A stretch of 64,000 nt of DNA from Octopus sinensis (Eukaryota). Where the stretch lies: positions 97,960,001 to 98,024,000 of the forward strand of contig NC_042998.1 in assembly GCF_006345805.1 (NCBI RefSeq), read 5' to 3'. The translations under genes and the position numbers were made by a program. This document shows positions 54,129 to 64,000 of the stretch, one piece after another; position 1 is the stretch's first letter, and each line of letters opens with the position of its first letter. The notes beneath the pieces are model-generated. The model saw nothing but the letters and a program-made list of their open reading frames with translations. It was not told where the DNA came from and did no database searches.

Positions 54129-54682
54129 TATACATACATATATTTATATATATATATATATATACACATATATATATAGTAGGTAAGTTGGGATAAGTAA
54201 TCCTGTCATTTACTTTGAGAAGCACTTCAATGCACAGCAGCTATCTTAAAATTGCAAGGGGTATGTCTGCTTATGAAATTTTCATGTGAAATAAACAGGT
54301 CAGCAAATCAGGCTTGTCTCTGACCAATTCCATTAATAGCAGTGTAGTACAGCAAGAGATCTGCTTAGCACTTAGAGACTTCTATCATCAAGGTTGAATG
54401 CAAATAAATGTCACTTTTTTTTTCTTGTCATTTCTACATAAAATTATAAATCTTAGTACCACCCACTAACACCAATGATGAATGTCTTGCATTTAAGCAA
54501 AATAACAAATTGTTTGTACATATTGTTTTCAAAGAAGTTCTGAAGAAACATTTTCCATGAATACTATGGAAATAAAATGCATAGCATTCATTAATAAATA
54601 TGATGCAAAGATAGTCACCATGGTATTGTTGAAACAATTGTCAACTACAAAATAAAAATGACATCACAACTCCAATATACAC

Positions 54683-55125
54683 CATCATCATCATCATTTA
54701 GCAGCTGCTCTTCATGCTGGCATGGGTGAGACAGTTTGACTGAAACTGGTAAGCTGGAGGGCTACACAAGGTTCCAATCTGATTTGGTATGGTCTCTATG
54801 GCTGGATGCCCTTCCTAATGCCAACCACTCCAAGAGTGTTTTTTATGTGCCATCAGCATGGGTGCCAGTTACACGACACCAGCATCGGCCACAACTGAGA
54901 TTTCACTTGGCTTGACAGGTCTTCTCAAGCATGGCATATCGCCAAAGGTTGCAGTCACTTATCATTGCCCCTGTGAGACCCAATGTTCAAAGGGTGTTTT
55001 GTATGTGTCACTAACACAGGTGCCAGTTCTGGCATTGGCCATGACTACAATCTCACTTGGCTTGACAGGTCTTCTCAAGCATGGCATGTTGCTGAACGTC
55101 TCAGTCACTTGTCATTGCCTCCATA
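54683..55125 (-). mobile_element. Interspersed repeat with (CAT)n end and an internal tandem duplication
   Basis: catcatcat...catgctggcatggg...ggctggatgcccttcctaatgccaacc. tcacttggcttgacaggtcttctcaagcatggcat occurs twice (~54903, ~55053). Partial relative at ~63800-63850. Confidence 0.6.
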
Positions 55126-55134
55126 TTATATATA

Positions 55135-55277
55135 GGTGCAGGAGTGACTGTGTGGTAAGAAGCTTGCTTCCCAACCACATGGTTCCGGGTTCAGTCCCAC
55201 TGTGTGGCACCTTGGGCAAGTGTCTTCTACCATAGCCTTGAGTGGATTTGGTAGACAGAAACTGGAAGAAGCCCGTC

Positions 55278-55371
<94 letters not shown>

Positions 55372-55450
55372 TCTCCCTACCATCACTTGACAACCGATGT
55401 TGGTGCATTTACATCCCCATAACTTAGCGGTTCGGCAAAAATGACTGATA
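55135..55450 (+). mobile_element. SINE family B, CpG-decayed
   Basis: aggtgcaggagtgactgtgtggtaag...ggttccgggttcagtcccactgtgtggcaccttgggcaagtgtcttc...catccccataacttagcggttcggc. Confidence 0.9.
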
Positions 55451-55829
55451 AACATATATTAGTTCATCTATGGCGCATGGAGTACGACAAAACTTTTGTC
55501 TATGACTTTGTCAATGATGCTTCTAAACAGAAAAAATATTTTAGTCAACTTAAATGAAAGATAAAAGTTTTGCTTTTATCATTTCTTTATAGCTTATGGA
55601 TTCCATCCTCACATTCCAATGAGAAGTAGCAGCCAAATGAAAAAATGTATTTTGAAATTTTATAGCTAAAATGAAATTAAGTTTCAATTCTATAATAGAT
55701 ATTCTACAAGCAACACATATTACATTTGATTTGATTTAGTAAACATGTTATTTAAGAGACTTCCATTAGCAAGTGTCTAATTACTTTTCAAACTATAAAG
55801 AAGTTCACTTTACATTCACTAAATATTTT

Positions 55830-56100
55830 GGATATAACCTAATAGTCAGAGTGTTGGGCTTATTTACATCTAGTCATTGGTTCAATTCCAGGAATGGGCA
55901 GAATATCTCCTTGAGTAAGGTAATTCATTTTATGTTGCTCCAGTCTACTAAGCCGAAAATGAGCAATCAGTCCAGTGTCAATGCAGCCTTCTCTCTCTAT
56001 CATATATCCTCAATGTAAAGCTGAGCCAAGGGTGAAAGAGCTGAAATGATGTCTATATCTTTTGTGACTACACTGGCACCTAAAACAATTAGCAAAAGTT
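55830..56100 (+). mobile_element. SINE family C, diverged
   Basis: ggttcaattcc B-box, ctccttgagtaagg, ggcacctaaaacaattagcaaaag. Confidence 0.55.
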
Positions 56101-57539
56101 TTTATCATTGATAACTGCACTTTAATACTTGTACCAAATCTAAAAACAGGAGACAAAAAAAATAAAAAGATAGACAGAATGACAAACAGACGTAAAACAG
56201 AGTATATAGTAAAAGAGAAACAAACCAGAAGATGAAGTGTTATTTTATTCATCAGCCCAATAAGATCCATGAAATGAATGCACAGAAGCATTAACAAATG
56301 TTACATTGAAAACATAAAAATAGAAATAAGCAGGATACACTCTCACTTCTCGTGTATAATTAGATTTACAAACACATACAACCTTCCACTTAGTCCTCTT
56401 TCTCTCATATGTATATATATATATATATACACACATACATATATACACATATATATATATACATAAATATATATATACATATATTATAAATATATTATAA
56501 ACATTATATTATATTATATATACATACATGCATGCATGCACGCAAACACAAATATACAAATATTCACACATACATACATACACACACGTACATATATTTA
56601 TGTACATATATATGTGTATGCATTATAATTAAATATATATGTAGTAATACAAGAGAACACATTTCCATGGTAGACAGAAACCATCATTCATGGATCTCAC
56701 TGATATGAACCAGAGCTCCATGTCCGAAATCATTGCTTACGTACTTCCATGGTAGAAAATTACATTAAATAAAAATGTCACAAAATAAATACATGACTTT
56801 TATTAAAAAATATTCTGATCCTCTCTTCAATTTTTTTTTTTCACTTTTTTTCTTTGCTTTTTGGCAAAAATGAAGGAATAATTTGCAAATCATCTTTAGC
56901 AAATAAATTATAATTATTATCCAATAAGTATATAATGTCAGCATATGTGGGCAAAATTAGATTGGTAATTAGAAATAATTAACATCCTCATTACGAGTAT
57001 TCATTGGAGATGAGGATGGTTAGCATGCTAATAAGTAGAGTAAATGATACCCAACTATCACTTGCTTCTCCTACTTACTCATTTATTTTTGTATTAATTT
57101 TTAAATATCCACCAATTTTCAATTAAATTTTTCTTTAATAAATTTTTTCAAGAAACCAAAAAAAAAAAAAAGAAAGAAAGTAAAAGAGACTTTTTTTTAG
57201 ACGTGGTTAAGTTGTCAAATAAATTTTAGCAAAATAAAGGATAAAATAAGAACTATTTCATCAAATATTTACAAATGTATAAATACAGAAGCAGCTCCTT
57301 CCATAGGCAGGAGAGAGTTCAGGCTTAAATATTTATACACATATACATATAAACATACATATTCAAATAAATAAAGAAAATGTATATAACTAAATAATAA
57401 ATGAAGTATATCACATATATATATATATATATATCTAATACAGCTTTTTTCTTCTCTTTTGTTAGCAATATATTGTTTAGCAATTAGCAAAATGATAAAA
57501 GCAAGCAAGTAAAAGAAAAACAAAATAAATGAGTTATTA

Positions 57540-58225
57540 CATTGGCACAAGGCCTCAGTTTTATAGAGAGGCAGAGGGGAGATGTAATTAGATGAATCCA
57601 ATTAATATTTTATCTTATCAGTACATATTTTACTAACTTTGGAGATCAGCATGAAATGTAATGTTGACACCAGTAAAATTCATATTCTGATCATTGAAAA
57701 ACCAAGATTAAATACTGAAAAGGCTTTAATCTACTGCTGTACTATTTCTGCTACACCACTATCCTGGTGATAATAGTAATAACATTATTTTGATATGGGC
57801 GGGAGGTCAGAAATTTGTGAGAAGGGGTTAGTCTGTTATAACAGCACCCCATACTAGACTGGTACTTTATTTTATGAAACACAGAAGGATGAAAGCTGGT
57901 CTCAGCAGGATTTGAACTCAGAATGTAAAGAGCTTAAATACTGCAAAACATTTTGTTCAACATTTTAATGGTACTGCCCATCTTCTGCCCCAGTAAAAAT
58001 AATTGTTTCTAACATAGATATAAGGCCAAAAATTTGTTGGGGAGGAGAGTACAGTCAATTATATTCTAGGACTCGACTGGTATTGTATTTTATCAATTCC
58101 AAAAGAATGAAAGGCAAAGTTGATTTTGGGAGAATTTGAGCTCAGAATCTAAAAGAGTAGGAACAAATAAATACAACAAGGTATCTTGTCAGATACTCTA
58201 ATGACTCTGCCAATCTACTACCCTA
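57540..58225 (-). mobile_element. Three tandem, CpG-decayed SINE family A copies
   Basis: Repeated ggcacaaggcc / actggtac / aaggatgaaag / gaactcagaatgtaaa segments. Confidence 0.7.
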
Positions 58226-59739
58226 GTAATAATAATAATTATATGCTCATTATAAGAAATAAAATGTGGAATACATAAAAGCGATGCTGGGTTAAAACTG
58301 CAACAATTAACAAGGGAGATTAATTGTTCTGATTAATAGTAATGGTTAACAGTTTTGGCTAGGTTTCATGATTTAAATAACAATTATTAATTTTACTTTT
58401 CTTTCATTGGCAAATGTAACTTTAATTTTCATCTATTTTGGCTTAGCTGTAAAGACTTGTGATATGAATGATTAAACAGAAATCAACAACAATTTGCAAA
58501 TTATAACATTATTTATTAGTTTTCTTTTATAGAGTTTGGAGTTTAAAAGATATGAGGGTGTAAGATATTAAAACAACAACAAACAATGGAAAACAAATAA
58601 CCATCACCATTTTAAAAGTGAATACAAATACACACACACACACAAACAAACAATATATATATATAAACAAACTATAAGAGGTGTTTGCTCCAACATAGCC
58701 TTTATAGCAGCCATGGCTAAAACAATCTAATTTTCCTGATTAATGGTAATAATTAACATGCATTTGTATGCACATATGCTTATACACATGTGCATATGTA
58801 TATGCATACACACACATGTACGTAAGTGCATGTGAGTAACTGAGCGAGCAAATGGATACTTTGTATATTTCTCAGTAAAAAGGTCCTAACTCTAAAATAT
58901 CCCATTGATCTAACAATGAGAAAAGACAAACGTGGTCCCAATGTCGCACAAACTGAAACTCAGAGCCAACAGATTGTTTGCGGTAGGTGATTAGAAATTA
59001 GTATCAGCTGAAAATATTTACCTGGTATCCATTTGTTGAAACATTATTATTATCATTATAATTGCTATCTATATATCTTACTTAAGAAATACACTGTCAA
59101 TAGGCCAGTTACTGCAGTATTTGTTCTAAGATAATACTTATGGTTAGTGTTTATACATTATGTAGGATACATAAATGGCTATTTTACTTAAATACTGCCT
59201 CTATTATTTTAATTATTATAAGTAAATTAATTAATATATTCATATTGCTTATAAATTACATTAGTTCATTGCTAGTTAACATTTCTTGTAATATTAGACT
59301 TACTAGTCAGTTATTTCTTATAAACGATTTAAAATATATAGGCATTTGGACTAAACTGAAGAATGTTGAACTATTACAAAGTCTCTCATACACTATGTCT
59401 CTCTCCCATACTCTCACACACACTCGTCTTATATACCACATTCACACATTATACTCACATGCAAACAAGTTTAACAATCATAGTTAGTGATAAAACAGCT
59501 TGTATTAGACCAGTTCACATCACTGAAAACAAGTGTTAATGGAGAGTATTGTTCACCACAATATAATTGACATGTGTGAGTTTGTAGTATCACTTTAAAA
59601 TTTTCCCAAGAATGGCATCTCAAATGGGATATACTCTATGTACACTACATGATATATGAAGTTTCACATAGTGCCCTTAATAACCTTAGAGAAAATAAGA
59701 GTGGTGATTTGTTATACATAAAGATTACACACTTATTGT

Positions 59740-60190
59740 TTCAAATATTTGTCACAAGGCCAGCAGTTTTAGAGGGAAGAGATAAGCCTGTTACATTGAA
59801 CCCAGTGTTCAACTGGTACTAACTTTTACCAACTCTGTAAGGATGAAAGACCAAGTCAACCTCATTTATATTTGAACACAGAATGTAAAGCTGGAAGAGG
59901 TTTTGGTTTTAAATTTTGGCACAAGGCCAACAATTTCAGGGTAGGGGATAAGTCAAATACATTGACCCCAGTGCTCAACTGGTATTTATTTTATAAACCC
60001 CAAAAGGACGAAAAGTAAAGTCGACCTTGGCAGAATTTCAACTCAGAATGTAAAAATGGACAAAATGCCACTTAGCATTTTGCCCAGCTTGCTAACGGTT
60101 CTGCCAGCTTGCTGCCCTGAAAAAAGCTGGAAGAAATATTGCTAAGCATTTCGTTTGGTCGGCTAATGATTCTGCCATCTCGCTGCCTTG
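59740..60190 (-). mobile_element. SINE family A nested within another family A copy (12-bp TSD)
   Basis: aaagctggaaga at 59887-59898 and 60123-60134 flanks the inner copy. Confidence 0.85.
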
Positions 60191-61894
60191 TGCACACATA
60201 ATAGAAACCTAATATTCTACATTAATCACATATGACGTGAAAGAAAGAACCAATTTCTAGCCTGTTGTAGGGATTAGAAGGTTCAGTCAACACATGCTTC
60301 AGGTATTTTATCTTTTCACTGTAACTAGATTTCTCTTTACGCCACATTCATTTCATTTACACAAACACACTCAAAGCTACCTATATGAAAATAATACACA
60401 TACATAGATGAGTATGTCTTTTACACATGTACAAATAATATACATACACTGCAACTACAGGGTTAAAATTAACCTTCTTACAATATAATATATATATCTC
60501 ATAATTTATATTCTTTGAACATGGGGGATTTGAAGGAAAATTTGTTCATAATTCAATCATTACAGTAACTAATCAAGATTAAAAAAAGAAAAAAAACTTT
60601 TACCATGCAACAGTTCAAAAACATCGTAGGTGTATGTGCGGTGGGTGTATGTATATATAACAAAGGAAGAAGAAAAAGATCAGCAATAACAGAAGTCACT
60701 AACCACTGAATCAAAACTTATGAAATAGAAAAATATGCAATTTCCTCACCCCGACCAGTTTTAGAAACATTTTAATCTTCCCATATACTTTGTTATATTA
60801 AAATGAATTTCATAATAAAACATAGCTTAAAACTTTGTACACTATCTCAGCTGACACTGAGCGTGTGTGTGTGTATATACAGATACATACATATCCAATA
60901 TATTAAGCATATATAAGACAACATATATACATACATGCACTTGTGTATGTGTACATAAATTTATGTGTGTGTGTATGTGTACACCGAGACACACACACAA
61001 AGACGTGCATGTGTGTACATACAAACATATAAAACATATATAAGAAATACATACATGCATTTGTATCTATATGTATACATACACATATATCTTAGCTATG
61101 TATTTAGTGGGAGAATTCTAAGATTCACGCAAGATTTTACATTATTTTTAATATTATTATTTCTCTTTAATATTATTAATTTCCCATTAGAGAGGGGAAA
61201 AACCCCCCAGAAATGCTCTAGTATCATAAGTTAGCAACTGACAAACATCATCCTTCATCCATAGAGCTTACAACAATCAGATTTCAGAACCAAATACCAC
61301 CTTTAGTTTAGTGCAGCTGCAATCATATCAATGTATTTTTTTTTCTTTTTCTTTTTCTTTTTAATGAATAAAAATTTGATTCACATTTTATATTTTATTT
61401 TCTGAATAACTAAATTAATGGTACCGGGCTCTCCATCAATATTTTCCAATATCATAAATATTACAATTTTCCCCACCAATATTTTCCAGTATCAGAAATA
61501 TTACAACAATTTCTATAAGGACAAGCTTATATAACCAAAACAATGTCATTTAATTCTCCTTTTCTCTCACTTTAAGTGTCAGTTACATATCCTTATGTCT
61601 AGAAAATATATGTTCTTCATTAAAAAAAAAATCAAATCAAATCAAATTAACAAGAACACAACAAATATTTCTGTTACCTCAATTAAACTAAACCAGAAAT
61701 CAACTTTCAAAGATTATTTTCAGATTTTGTTTCCTTTATACATAGTTACCGAAGATATTTAGCTGTGAGGTTTATTCAGTCAGTTATGACAAAAACTGGC
61801 TTGAATACTTTAAATAACATAAAAGATTTGTAGACTTTGTGCACACATTCTTAGACCAGTATATGCATTTTATGTGCACTTCTGTCCATAAGAC

Positions 61895-61940
<46 letters not shown>

Positions 61941-63145
61941 TGTATGAGTTAGAGGTTAATAAACCATCCAAGGGATATTAAATATCCATTATACTACTGG
62001 ATGTGTACCTACGTATTTTTAACCTAGTGCTTACTATTGCTTGGCAATATCGCAATTGAATACTAGGTATGGGTGGGGTTAAATTGGAAATTTACCCAGG
62101 ATTTATAAGACAAATAAGAAAATGGAGAGGATATAAAATCAACAAACATCAGCCTGTGAACATCCCATTATATCTATTTATTAAATGATAATAAACAAGT
62201 GTTTAAGTGGTACAAGTAAACAAATGAGATCAGCCAATAAATATGTAAACAGATATATATATAGAGAGAGAGATGAATGAATGAATAATAATAATAATAG
62301 AGGAATGTACAGATACAAATCACTTATGACCATTTCTACCATGAGGCCTCAGTCATCCTCATCATTCCAGTGATATACAGGGATGAACAAACATTGGACA
62401 GAAATTGGGTAATAGTTGAGCCTCATGGCTTCTTCATAGAGTACAAATGTTAGGAAACTAACATGTGGGAAATTCAGTTAGAATAATAGAGTAAGGTAAA
62501 TAGGATAAGATAGAGTAAAATAGGTAAAAATAAAAAAAATGATGTAATGTAATAGACATGGTAAGGAAAAGTAAGAACTTCATTCTAAGATGTTATTATA
62601 ACCCATGGTATTCCATCCTGCGGTAAGTAAGAAAAGTCACTCTCAGGAGACATATCCATAGGCTGCGGTTTACATCAAGTTTCCATTATACTGAGGGAAA
62701 TAATGAAGGTAGTATGCTATGTGGTGGGTCTAATGGTATGGTCCATACTACATGGGTCAGGGGTTAGAGGTTAGACATTAATAGATATAACAATATTAAA
62801 GGAGTTGACCGTAATAACTTAAATTGAACCTGTTAGGGGAAAATTAATACATAAGTACATTAATGAAAGAAAAACTGGGTAAAACCTTAGTGCGATGTTA
62901 ATATTTGCAACTTATTGGCCAAAAACTAATCCCAATACTCCTATGCATAGTACTTATACCACTTAAACACATGTTTGTTATCATTTAATAAATAGATATA
63001 ATGGTATGTTTACTGGCTGATGTTTGTCGATTTTATATCCTCTCCATTTTCTTATTTGCCTTATATATACACACACACAAACATACACACATGTACATGC
63101 ATACATATACACATATACTCACGTACATGCACACATATACATAAA

Positions 63146-63215
<70 letters not shown>

Positions 63216-63699
63216 AGTATAAACAAATTCCATGACTATATAGCTTATGTTAAGTGAATGTAGTTCTATTTGTATGATCAACAGATTCAAAGACAGGCAG
63301 ACAAACAGACTTTGTATGTGACACAACACAAAGAAATTATTCACACAAAGATTTACATGAACGTTTAAAGATTCTTTTTTTCTTTCCATATCTCTGTCTT
63401 TCGAAGTTCATTTGCGTTTTTCTCCTTTTCATTTTGCATTATATTTTAAAATTAAAAAATATAAACTAATTGAGAAAAGTCAAAATACTATTTACTCCAA
63501 AAGCTGAGCAACAGTAATATTTCTGGTAGGGGAGACAACTCTGTATAGGTGTGTATGTGGTGTTTGAAATATTAAAAAAAAGATTTTAAAATAAATGGTT
63601 TAACGTTACTATTTACACGCTTGCATTCAAAATCATGAATTAACAAACAAGACATTAATCCACTCTCCCACACTGAATCACACATTACATTCAAATCAA

Positions 63700-63740
<41 letters not shown>

Positions 63741-64000
63741 GAGGCACACACACACACACACACACACACACATGCAATAAACATAAATAAAGATACAAAT
63801 CATCATCATCATCATTTAATGTCTGTTTTCCATGCTGGTATGGATCAAACATATGAGAAACACATTTACACACATATCCACACAGAGATAAATATAAATA
63901 GATGTTTTAAGAAGCTGGAAGCAGAAATGGATGACACCCAAATCTAAATTCAATCGATTTGTGGCACAATTAAAATATTGAAAACTTTTCAAAATTTCAG

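Noticed and set aside
59140-59487. 115-aa hydrophobic ORF
   Set aside because: Ile/Leu/Asn bias reflects AT-rich DNA; no motif or splice support.
62590-62760. Possible exon near cg|gtaagt at ~62622
   Set aside because: Only short open frames on either strand and no partner exon.

Overview
AT-rich, repeat-dense animal genomic DNA, most likely Octopus. This is inferred from the tRNA-derived SINE families and the very high density of (TA)n/(CA)n/(TACA)n/(GATA)n repeats; nothing here is prokaryotic. Almost all listed ORFs are microsatellite or transposon artefacts. The one convincing host coding region is 44035-44700 (+), a 221-aa secreted prepropeptide with a signal peptide, an 8-Cys domain and KR/RR/RKR cleavage sites. 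It tentatively resembles lophotrochozoan opioid-like precursors. Its ATG directly follows a splice acceptor. A CCAAT-CRE-TATA-Inr promoter with a 22-nt exon and GTAAGT donor at 5325-5431 could supply the first exon across a ~38.6-kb intron. A diverged second copy of that promoter, with an AP-1 site instead of a full CRE, lies at ~3713-3790. The rest is decayed transposons: SINEs, CR1-, RTE-, R4/Dong- and Hero-like LINEs, Penelope-like elements with hammerhead-type motifs, mariners, a hAT MITE and a Helentron-like end. There are also local inverted and direct duplications. From ~54 kb onward the sequence is CpG-depleted, suggesting the methylated body or 3' end of a neighbouring gene. All family assignments come from motif recognition by eye, not database searches.
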